Source of the DNA: Phyllobates terribilis
Taxonomy: Eukaryota
Direction of reading: 5' to 3'
Length of the DNA: 64,000 bases
Assembly: GCF_046119375.1 (NCBI RefSeq)
Contig: NW_027362770.1
Location: forward strand, 174,344,001 to 174,408,000
The notes under the pieces are model-generated. The model was not told the origin of the DNA, did no database searches, and worked only from the letters and a program-made list of their open reading frames with translations. Numbering within the stretch: the stretch's first letter is position 1; every line of letters starts with the position of its first letter. Shown here piece by piece: positions 52,201 through 64,000 of the stretch. Position numbers and translations under genes: made by a program.

Positions 52201-55200
52201 TACACAGTGACTGCACCAGCAGAATAGTGAGTGCAGCTCTGGAGTATAATACAGGATGTAACTCAGGATCAGTAATGTAATGTATCTGCACAATGACTGC
52301 ACCAGCAGAATAGTGAGTGCAGCTCTGGAGTATAATACAGGATGTAACTCAGGATCAGTAATGTATGTACACAGTGACTGCACCAGCATAATAGTGAGTG
52401 CAGCTCTGGAGTATAATACAGGATGTAACTCAGGATCAGTAATGTAATGTATCTACACAATGACTGCACCAGCAGAATAGTGAGTGCAGCTCTGGAGTAT
52501 AATACAGGATGTAACTCAGGATCAGTAATGTATGTACACAGTGACTGCACCAGCAGAATAGTGAGTGCAGCTCTGGAGTATAATACAGGATGTAACTCAG
52601 GATCAGTAATGTATGTACACAGTGACTGCACCAGCAGAATAGTGAGTGCAGCTCTGGAGTATAATACAGGATGTAACTCAGGATCAGTAATGTAATGTAT
52701 GTACACAGTGACTGCAGCAACAGAATAGTGAGTGCAGCTCTGGAGTATAATACAGGATGTAACTCAGGATCAGTAATGTAATGTATGTACACAGTGACTG
52801 CACCAGCAGAATAGTGAGTGCAGCTCTGGAGTATAATACAGGATGTAACTCAGGATCAGTAATGTAATGTATGTACACAGTGACTGCACCAGCAGAATAG
52901 TGAGTGCTGCTCTGGAGTATAATACAGGATGTAACTCAGGATCAGTACAGGATCAGTAATGTAATGTATGTACACAGTGACTGCACCAGCAGAATAGTGA
53001 GTGCAGCTCTGGAGTATAATACAGGATGTAACTCAGGATCAGTAATGTATGTACACAGTGACTGCACCAGCAGAATAGTGAGTGCAGCTCTGGAGTATAA
53101 TACAGGATGTAACTCAGGATCAGTAATGTAATGTATGTACACAATGACTGCAGCAGCAGAATAGTGAGTGCAGCTCTGGAGTATAATACAGGATGTAACT
53201 CAGTTATCAGTAATGTAATGTATGTACACAGTGACTGCACCAGCAGAATAGTGAGTGCAGCTCTGGAGTATAATACAGGATGTAACTCAGGATCAGTAAT
53301 GTAATGTATGTACACAATGACTGCACCAGCAGAATAGTGAGTGCAGCTCTGGAGTACAATACAGGATGTAACTCAGGATCAGTAATGTAATGTATGTACA
53401 CAGTGACTGCACCAGCAGAATAGTGAGTGCAGCTCTGGAGTACAATACAGAATGTAACTCAGGATCAGTAATGTAATGTATGTACACAGTGACCGCACCA
53501 GCAGAATAGTGAGTGCAGCTCTGGAGTATAATACAGGATGTAACTCAGGATCAGTAATGTAATGTATGTACACAGTGACTGCACCAGCAGAATAGTGAGT
53601 GCAGCTCTGGAGTATAATACAGGATGTAACTCAGGATCAGTAACGTAATGTATCTACACAATGACTGCACCAGCAGAATAGTGAGTGCAGCTCTGGAGTA
53701 TAATACAGGATGTAACTCAGGATCAGTAATGTAATGTATGTACACAATGACTGCACCAGCAGAATAGTGAGTGCAGCTCTGGAGTACAATACAGGATGTA
53801 ACTCAGGATCAGTAATGTAATGTATGTACACAGTGACTGCACCAGCAGAATAGTGAGTGCAGCTCTGGAGTACAATACAGAATGTAACTCAGGATCAGTA
53901 ATGTAATGTATGTACACAGTGACCGCACCAGCAGAATAGTGAGTGCAGCTCTGGAGTATAATACAGGATGTAACTCAGGATCAGTAATGTAATGTATGTA
54001 CACAGTGACTGCACCAGCAGAATAGTGAGTGCAGCTCTGGAGTATAATACAGGATGTAACTCAGGATCAGTAACGTAATGTATCTACACAATGACTGCAC
54101 CAGCAGAATAGTGAGTGCAGCTCTGGAGTATAATACAGGATGTAACTCAGGATCAGTAATGTAATGTATGTACACAGTGACTGCACCAGCAGAATAGTGA
54201 GTGCAGCTCTGGGGTATAATACAGGAGGTAACTCAGGATCAGTAATGTATGTACACAGTGACTGCACCAGCATAATAGTGAGTGCAGCTCTGGAGTATAA
54301 TACAGGATGTAACTCAGGATCAGTAATGTAATGTATCTACACAATGACTGCACCAGCAGAATAGTGAGTGCAGCTCTGGAGTATAATACAGGATGTAACT
54401 CAGGATCAGTAATGTATGTACACAGTGACTGCACCAGCAGAATAGTGAGTGCAGCTCTGGAGTATAATACAGGATGTAACTCAGGATCAGTAATGTATGT
54501 ACACAGTGACTGCACCAGCAGAATAGTGAGTGCAGCTCTGGAGTATAATACAGGATGTAACTCAGGATCAGTAATGTAATGTATGTACACAGTGACTGCA
54601 GCAACAGAATAGTGAGTGCAGCTCTGGAGTATAATACAGGATGTAACTCAGGATCAGTAATGTAATGTATGTACACAGTGACTGCACCAGCAGAATAGTG
54701 AGTGCAGCTCTGGAGTATAATACAGGATGTAACTCAGGATCAGTAATGTAATGTATCTACACAATGACTGCACCAGCAGAATAGTGAGTGCAGCTCTGGA
54801 GTATAATACAGGATGTAACTCAGGATCAGTAATGTATGTACACAGTGACTGCACCAGCAGAATAGTGAGTGCAGCTCTGGAGTATAATACAGGATGTAAC
54901 TCAGGATCAGTACAGGATCAGTAATGTAATGTATGTACACAGTGACTGCACCAGCAGAATAGTGAGTGCAGCTCTGGAGTATAATACAGGATGTAACTCA
55001 GGATCAGTAATGTAATGTATGTACACAGTGACTGCACCAGAAGAATAGTGAGCGCAGCTCTGGAGTATAATACAGAATGTAACTCAGGATCAGTAATGTA
55101 ATGTATGTACACAGTGACTGCACCAGCAGAATAGTGAGCGCAGCTCTGGAGTATAATACAGGATGTAACTCAGGATCAGTAATGTAATGTATGTGCACAG

Positions 55201-58200
55201 TGACTGCACCAGCAGAATAGTGAGCGCAGCTTTGGAGTATAATACAGAATGTAACTCAGGATCAGTAAAGTAATGTATGTACACAGTGACTGCACCAGCA
55301 GAATAGTGAGTGCAGCTCTGGAGTATAATATAGGATGTAACTCAGGATCAGTAATGTAATGTATGTACACAGTGACTGCACCAGCAGAATAGTGAGTGCA
55401 GCTCTGGAGTATAATATAGGATGTAACTCAGGATCAGTAATGTAATGTATGTACACAGTGACTGCACCAGCAGAATAGTGAGTGCAGCTCTAGAGTATAA
55501 TACAGGATGTAACTCAGGATCAGTAATGTAATGTATGTACACAGTGACTGCACCAGCAGAATAGTGAGTGCAGCTCTGGAGTATAATATAGGATGTAACT
55601 CAGGATCAGTAATGTAATGTATGTACACAGTGACTGCACCAGCAGAATAGTGAGTGCAGCTCTGGAGTATAATACAGAATGTAACTGAGGATCAGTAATG
55701 TAATGTATGTACACAGTGACTACACCAGCAGAATAGTGAGTGCAGCTCTGGAGTATAATACAGGATGTAACTCAGGATCAGTAATGTAATGTATGTACAC
55801 AGTGACTGCACCAGCAGAATAGTGAGTGCAGCTCTGGAGTATAATATAGGATGTAACTCAGGATCAGTAATGTAATGTATGTACACAGTGACTGCAGCAG
55901 CAGAATAGTGAGTGCAGCTCTGGAGTATAATACAGGAGGTAACTCAGGATCAGTAATGTAATGTATGTACACAGTGACTGCACCAGAAGAATAGTGAGCG
56001 CAGCTCTCGAGTATAATACAGAATGTAACTCAGGATCAGTAATGTAATGTATGTGCACAGTGACTGCACCAGCAGAATAGTGAGTGCAGCTCTGGAGCAT
56101 AATACAGGATGTAACTCAGGATCAATAATGTAATGTATGTACACAGTGACTGCACCAGCAGAATAGTGAGTGCAGCTCTAGAGTATAATACAGGATGTAA
56201 CTCAGGATCAGTAATGTAATGTATGTGCACAGTGACTGCACCAGCAGAATAGTGAGTGCAGCTCTGGAGCATAATACAGGATGTAACTCAGGATCAGTAA
56301 TGTAATGTATGTACACAGTGACTGCACCAGCAGAATAGAGAGTGCAGCTCTGGAGTATAATACAGGATGTAACTCAGGTTCAGTAATGTAATGTATGTAC
56401 ACAGTGACTCCACCAGCAGAATAGTGAGTGCAGCTCTGGAGTATAATACAGGATGTAACTCAGGATCAGTAATGTAATGTATGTACACAGTGACTGCACC
56501 AGGAGAATAGTGAGTGCAGCTCTGGAGTATAATACAGGATGTAACTCAGGATCAGTAATGTAATGTATGTAGACAGTGACTGCACCAGCAGAATAGTGAG
56601 TGCAGCTCTGGAGTATAATACAGGATGTAACTCAGGATCAGTAATGCTATGTATGTACACAGTGACTGCACCAGCAGAATAGTGAGTGCAGCTCTGGAGT
56701 ATAATACAGGATGTAACTCAGGATCAGTAATGTAATGTATGTACACAGTGACTGCACCAGCAGAATAGTGAGTGCAGCTCTGGAGTATAATACAGGAGGT
56801 AACTCAGGATCAGTAATGTAATGTATGTACACAGTGACTGCACCAGAAGAATAGTGAGCGCAGCTCTGGAGTATAATACAGAATGTAACTCAGGATCAGT
56901 AATGTAATGTATGTACACAGTGACTGCACCAGCAGAATAGTGAGTGCAGCTCTGGAGTATAATACAGGATGTAACTCAGGATCAGTAATGTAATGTATGT
57001 GCACAGTGACTGCACCAGCAGAATAGTGAGTGCAGCTCTGGAGCATAATACAGGATGTAACTCAGGATCAGTAATGTAATGTATGTGCACAGTGACGGCA
57101 CCAGCAGAATAGTGAGCGCAGCTCTGGAGTATAATACAGAATGTAACTCAGGATCAGTAAAGTAATGTATGTACACAGTGACTGCACCAGCAGAATAGTG
57201 AGTGCAGCTCTGGAGCATAATACAGGATGTAACTCAGGATCAGTAATGTAATGTATGTACACAGTGACTGCACCAGCAGAATAGTGAGTGCAGCTCTGGA
57301 GCATAATACAGGATGTAACTCAGGATCAATAATGTAATGTATGTACACAGTGACTGCACCAGCAGAATAGTGAGTGCAGCTCTAGAGTATAATACAGGAT
57401 GTAACTCAGGATCAGTAATGTAATGTATGTACACAGTGACTGCACCAGCAGAATAGTGAGTGCAGCTCTGGAGCATAATACAGGATGTAACTCAGGATCA
57501 GTAATGTAATGTATGTACACAGTGACTGCACCAGCAGAATAGAGAGTGCAGCTCTGGAGTATAATACAGGATGTAACTCAGGTTCAGTAATGTATTGTAT
57601 GTACACAGTGACTCCACCAGCAGAATAGTGACTGCAGCTCTGGAGTATAATACAGGATGTAACTCAGGATCAGTAATGTAATGTATGTACACAGTGACTG
57701 CACCAGCAGAATAGTGAGTGCAGCTCTGGAGTATAATACAGGATGTAACTCAGGATCAGTAATGTAATGTATGTACACAGTGACTGCACCAGCAGAATAG
57801 TGAGTGCAGCTCTGGAGTATAATACAGGATGTAACTCAGGATCAGTAATGTAATGTATGTACACAGTGACTGCACCAGCAGAATAGTGAGTGCAGCTCTG
57901 GAGTATAATACAGGATGTAACTCAGGATCAGTAATGTAATGTATGTACACAGTGACTGCACCAGCAGAATAGTGAGTGCAGCTCTGGAGTATAATACAGG
58001 AGGTAACTCAGGATCAGTAATGTAATGTATGTACACAGTGACTGCACCAGAAGAATAGTGAGCGCAGCTCTGGAGTATAATACAGAATGTAACTCAGGAT
58101 CAGTAATGTAATGTATGTGCACAGTGACTGCACCAGCAGAATAGTGAGTGCAGCTCTGGAGCATAATACAGGATGTAACTCAGGATCAGTAATGTAATGT

Positions 58201-61200
58201 ATGTACACAGTGACTGCACCAGCAGAATAGAGAGTGCAGCTCTGGAGTATAATACAGGATGTAACTCAGGTTCAGTAATGTAATGTATGTACACAGTGAC
58301 TCCACCAGCAGAATAGTGAGTGCAGCTCTGGAGTATAATACAGGATGTAACTCAGGATCAGTAATGTAATGTATGTACACAGTGATTGCACCAGCAGAAT
58401 AGTGAGTGCAGCTCTGGAGTATAATACAGGATGTAACTCAGGATCAGTAATGTAATGTATGTACACAGTGACTGCACCAGCAGAATAGTGAGTGCAGCTC
58501 TGGAGTATAATACAGGATGTAACTCAGGATCAGTACAGGATCAGTAATGTAATGTATGTACACAGTGACTGCACCAGCAGAATAGTGAGTGCAGCTCTGG
58601 AGTATAATACAGGATGTAACTCAGGATCAGTAATGTAATGTATGTACACAGTGACTGCACCAGAAGAATAGTGAGCGCAGCTCTGGAGTATAATACAGAA
58701 TGTAACTCAGGATCAGTAATGTAATGTATGTACACAGTGACTGCACCAGCAGAATAGTGAGCGCAGCTCTGGAGTATAATACAGGATGTAACTCAGGATC
58801 AGTAATGTAATGTATGTGCACAGTGACTGCACCAGCAGAATAGTGAGTGCAGCTCTGGAGCATAATACAGGATGTAACTCAGGATCAGTAATGTAATGTA
58901 TGTGCACAGTGACTGCACCAGCAGAATAGTGAGCGCAGCTCTGGAGTATAATACAGAATGTAACTCAGGATCAGTAAAGTAATGTATGTACACAGTGACT
59001 GCACCAGAAGAATAGTGAGCGCAGCTCTGGAGTATAATACAGTATGTAACTCAGGATCAGTAATGTAATGTATGTGCACAGTGACTGCACCAGCAGAATA
59101 GTGAGTGCAGCTCTGGAGCATAATACAGGATGTAACTCAGGATCAGTAATGTAATGTATGTACACAGTGACTGCACCAGCAGAATAGTGAGTGCAGCTCT
59201 GGAGTATAATACAGGATGTAACTGAGGATCAGTAATGTAATGTATGTACACAGTGACTGCACCAACAAAATAGTGAGTGCAGCTCTGGAGTATAATACAG
59301 GACGTAACTCAGGATCAGTAATGTAATGTATGTACACAGTGACTGCACCAGCAGAATAGTGAGTGCAGCTCTGGAGTATAATACAGGAGGTAACTCAGGA
59401 TCAGTAATGTAATGTATGTACACAGTGACTGCACCAGCAGAATAGTGAGTGCAGCTCTGGAGTATAATACAGGATGTAACTCAGGATCAGTAATGTAATG
59501 TATGTACACAGTGACTGCACCAGCAGAATAGTGAGTGCAGCTCTGGAGTATAATACAGGATGTAACTCAGGATCAGTAATGTAATGTATGTACACAGTGA
59601 CTGCACCAGCAGAATAGTGAGTGCAGCTCTGGAGTATAATACAGGATGTAACTCAGGATCAGTAATGTAATGTATGTACACAGTGACTGCACAAGCAGAA
59701 TAGTGAGTGCAGCTCTGGAGTATAATACAGGATGTAACTCAGGATCAGTAATGTAATGTATGTACACAGTGACTGCACCAGCAGAATAGTGAGTGCAGCT
59801 CTGGAGTATAAAACAGGATGTAACTCAGGATCAGTAATGTAATGTATCTACACAATGACTGCACCAGCAGAATAGTGAGTGCAGCTCTGGAGTATAATAC
59901 AGGATGTAACTCAGGATTAGTAATGTAATGTATGTGCACAGTGACTGCACCAGCAGAATAGTGAGTGAAGCTCTGGAGTATAATACAGGATGTAACTCAG
60001 GATCAGAACAGGATCAGTAATGTAATGTATGTACACAGTGACTGCACCAGCAGAATAGTGAGTGCAGCTCTGGAGTATAATACAGGATGTAACTCAGGAT
60101 CAGTAATGTAATGTATGTACACAGTGACTGCACCAGCAGAATAGTGAGTGCAGCTCTGGAGTATAATACAGGATGTAACTCAGGATCAGTAATGTAATGT
60201 ATGTACACAGTGACTGCACCAGCAGAATAGTGAGTGCAGCTCTGGAGTATAATACAGGATGTAACTCAGGATCAGTAATGTAATGTATGTACACAGTGAC
60301 TGCACCAGCAGAATAGTGAGTGCAGCTCTGGAGTATAATACAGGAGGTAACTCAGGATCAGTAATGTAATGTATGTACACAATGACTGCACCAGCAGAAT
60401 AGTGAGTGCAGCTCTGGAGTATAATACAGGATGTAACTCAGGATCAGTAATGTAATGTATGTACACAGTGACTCCACCAGTAGAATAGTAAGTGCAGCTC
60501 TGGAGTATAATACAGGATGTAACTCAAGATCAGTAATGTAATGTATGTACACAGTGACTGCACCAGCAGAATAGTGAGTGCAGCTCTGGAGTATAATACA
60601 GGATGTAACTCAGGATCAGTAATGTAATGTATCTACACAATGACTGCACCAGCAGAATAGTGAGTGCAGCTCTGGAGTATAATACAGGATGTAACTCAGG
60701 ATCAGTAATGTATGTACACAGTGACTGCACCAGCAGAATAGTGAGTGCAGCTCTGGAGTATAATACAGGATGTAACTCAGGATCAGTAATGTAATGTATG
60801 TACACAGTGACTGCAGCAACAGAATAGTGAGTGCAGCTCTGGAGTATAATACATGATGTAACTCAGGATCAGTAATGTAATGTATGTACACAGTGACTGC
60901 ACCAGCAGAATAGTGAGTGCAGCTCTGGAGTATAATACAGGATGTAACTCAGGATCAGTAATGTAATGTATGTACACAGTGACTGCACCAGCAGCATAGT
61001 GAGTGCTGCTCTGGAGTATAATACAGGATGTAACTCAGGATCAGTAATGTAATGTATGTACACAGTGACTCCACCAGCCGAATAGTGAGTGCAGCTCTGG
61101 AGTATAATACAGGATGTAACTCAGGATCAGTAATGTAATGTATGTACACAGTGACTGCACCAGCAGAATAGTGAGTGCAGCTCTGAAGTATAATACAGGA

Positions 61201-64000
61201 TGTAACTCAGGATCAGTAATGTAATGTATGTTCACAATGACTGCACCAGCAGAATAGTGAGTGCAGCTCTGGAGTATAATACAGGATGTAACTCAGGATC
61301 AGTAATGTAATGTATGTACACAGTGACTGCACCAGCAGAATAGTGAGTGTAGCTCTGGAGTATAATACAGGATGTAACTCAGGATCAGTAATGTAATGTA
61401 TCTACACAATGACTGCACCAGCAGAATAGTGAGTGCAGCTCTGGAGTATAATACAGGATGTAACTCAGGATCAGTAATGTATGTACACAGTGACTGCACC
61501 AGCAGAATAGTGAGTGCAGCTCTGGAGTATAATACAGGATGTAACTCAGTATCAGTAATGTAATGTATCTACACAATGACTGCAGCAGCAGAATAGTGAG
61601 TGCAGCTCTGGAGTATAATACAGGATGTAACTCAGGATCAGTAATGTAATGTATGTACACAGTGACTGCACCAGCAGAATAGTGAGTGCAGCTCTGGAGT
61701 ATAATACAGGATGTAACTCAGGATCAGTAATGTAATGTATCTACACAATGACTGCACCAGCAGAATAGTGAGTGCAGCTCTGGAGTATAATACAGGATGT
61801 AACTCAGGATCAGTAATGTATGTACACAGTGACTGCACCAGCATAATAGTGAGTGCAGCTCTGGAGTATAATACAGGATGTAACTCAGGATCAGTAATGT
61901 AATGTATCTACACAATGACTGCACCAGCAGAATAGTGAGTGCAGCTCTGGAGTATAATACAGGATGTAACTCAGGATCAGTAATGTATGTACACAGTGAC
62001 TGCACCAGCAGAATAGTGAGTGCAGCTCTGGAGTATAATACAGGATGTAACTCAGGATCAGTAATGTATGTACACAGTGACTGCACCAGCAGAATAGTGA
62101 GTGCAGCTCTGGAGTATAATACAGGATGTAACTCAGGATCAGTAATGTAATGTATGTACACAGTGACTGCAGCAACAGAATAGTGAGTGCAGCTCTGGAG
62201 TATAATACAGGATGTAACTCAGGATCAGTAATGTAATGTATGTACACAGTGACTCCACCAGCAGAATAGTGAGTGCAGCTCTGGAGTATAATACAGGATG
62301 TAACTCAAGATCAGTAATGTAATGTATGTACACAGTGACTGCACCAGCAGAATAGTGAGTGCAGCTCTGGAGTATAATACAGGATGTAACTCAGGATCAG
62401 TAATGTAATGTATCTACACAATGACTGCACCAGCAGAATAGTGAGTGCAGCTCTGGAGTATAATACAGGATGTAACTCAGGATCAGTAATGTATGTACAC
62501 AGTGACTGCACCAGCAGAATAGTGAGTGCAGCTCTGGAGTATAATACAGGATGTAACTCAGGATCAGTAATGTAATGTATGTACACAGTGACTGCAGCAA
62601 CAGAATAGTGAGTGCAGCTCTGGAGTATAATGCAGGATGTAACTCAGGATCAGTAATGTAATGTATGTACACAGTGACTGCACCAGCAGAATAGTGAGTG
62701 CAGCTCTGGAGTATAATACAGGATGTAACTCAGGATCAGTAATGTAATGTATGTGCACAGTGACTGCACCAGCAGAATAGTGAGTGCAGCTCTGGAGTAT
62801 AATACAGGATGTAACTCAGGATCAGTAATGTAATGTATGTACACAGTGACTCCACCAGCCGAATAGTGAGTGCAGCTCTGGAGTATAATACAGGATGTAA
62901 CTCAGGATCAGTAATGTAATGTATGTACACAGTGACTGCAGCAACAGAATAGTGAGTGCAGCTCTGGAGTATAATACAGGATGTAACTCAGGATCAGTAA
63001 TGTAATGTATGTACACAGTGACTGCACCAGCAGAATAGTGAGTGCAGCTCTGGAGTATAATACAGGATGTAACTCAGGATCATTAACGTAATGTATGTAC
63101 ACAGTGACTGCACCAGCAGAATAGTGAGTGCAGCTCTGGAGTATAATACAGGATGTAACTCAGGATCAGTAATGTAATGTATGTTCACAATGACTGCACC
63201 AGCAGAATAGTGAGTGCAGCTCTGGAGTATAATACAGGATGTAACTCAGGATCAGTAATGTAATGTATGTACACAGTGACTCCACCAGCCGAATAGTGAG
63301 TGCAGCTCTGGAGTATAATACAGGATGTAACTCAGGATCAGTAATGTAATGTATGTACACAGTGACTGCAGCAACAGAATAGTGAGTGCAGCTCTGGAGT
63401 ATAATACAGGATGTAACTCAGGATCAGTAATGTAATGTATGTACACAGTGACTGCACCAGCAGAATAGTGAGTGCAGCTCTGGAGTATAATACAGGATGT
63501 AACTCAGGATCATTAACGTAATGTATGTACACAGTGACTGCACCAGCAGAATAGTGAGTGCAGCTCTGGAGTATAATACAGGATGTAACTCAGGATCAGT
63601 AATGTAATGTATGTTCACAATGACTGCACCAGCAGAATAGTGAGTGCAGCTCTGGAGTGTAATACAGTATGTAACTCAGGATCAGTAATGTAATATATGT
63701 ACACAGTGACTGCACCAGCAGAATAGTGAGTGCAGCTCTGGAGTATAATACAGGATGTAACTCAGGATCAGTAATGTAATGTATCTACACAATGACTGCA
63801 CCAGCAGAATAGTGAGTGCAGCTCTGGAGTATAATACAGGATGTAACTCAGGATCAGTAATGTATGTACACAGTGACTGCACCAGCATAATAGTGAGTGC
63901 AGCTCTGGAGTATAATACAGGATGTAACTCAGGATCAGTAATGTAATGTATCTACACAATGACTGCACCAGCAGAATAGTGAGTGCAGCTCTGGAGTATA
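40281..64000. repeat. 86-bp satellite array (~275 units, continues beyond the window)
   Basis: Consensus CAGTAATGTAATGTATGTACACAGTGACTGCACCAGCAGAATAGTGAGTGCAGCTCTGGAGTATAATACAGGATGTAACTCAGGAT. The 86-bp period is visible in the ORF track; 81-bp (-GTAAT) and 97-bp (+TACAGGATCAG) variants occur. Confidence 0.97.

Noticed and set aside
40473-63968. Hundreds of ~64-aa minus-strand ORFs (MYIHYITDPELHPVLYSRAALTILLVQSLC...)
   Set aside because: They are translations of the 86-bp satellite; the period is not a multiple of 3, each ORF spans ~2.3 units, and there is no promoter or splice context.

Overview
Repeat-dominated eukaryotic DNA with no intact protein-coding gene, RNA gene or CRISPR array. 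The repeat families (TG..CA solo LTRs, CAGGGCCGG hAT-type MITE, RTE LINE relic, 86-bp satellite) look like those of a frog (anuran) genome; that assignment is an inference. Layout: (1) 1-1608, 5' part of a palindrome-rich non-autonomous Helitron on the minus strand; (2) 1.7-12.5 kb, a TE mosaic with a hAT MITE (2621-4808, 8-bp TSD), two solo LTRs with 5-bp TSDs (5621-6042; 8258-10204) and AT-rich unique islands; (3) 12.55-35.4 kb, a 35-bp satellite interrupted by second copies of both solo-LTR families (17214-20328; 21853-22273) and by a ~3.9x tandem of a 421-bp unit (30304-31954); (4) 35.4-40.3 kb, unique and decayed-TE DNA with an RTE LINE split by two insertions and one weak candidate exon (39991-40105); (5) 40.3 kb to the window end, an 86-bp satellite with 2.5-kb and ~11-12-kb higher-order duplications. 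Almost all ORFs in the supplied track are artefacts of tandem repeats. I found no convincing new protein-based system. The most interesting signals are structural: satellites growing inside TEs, filled versus empty paralogous insertion sites, a motif shared by the 35- and 86-bp satellites, and the 421-bp concatemer.
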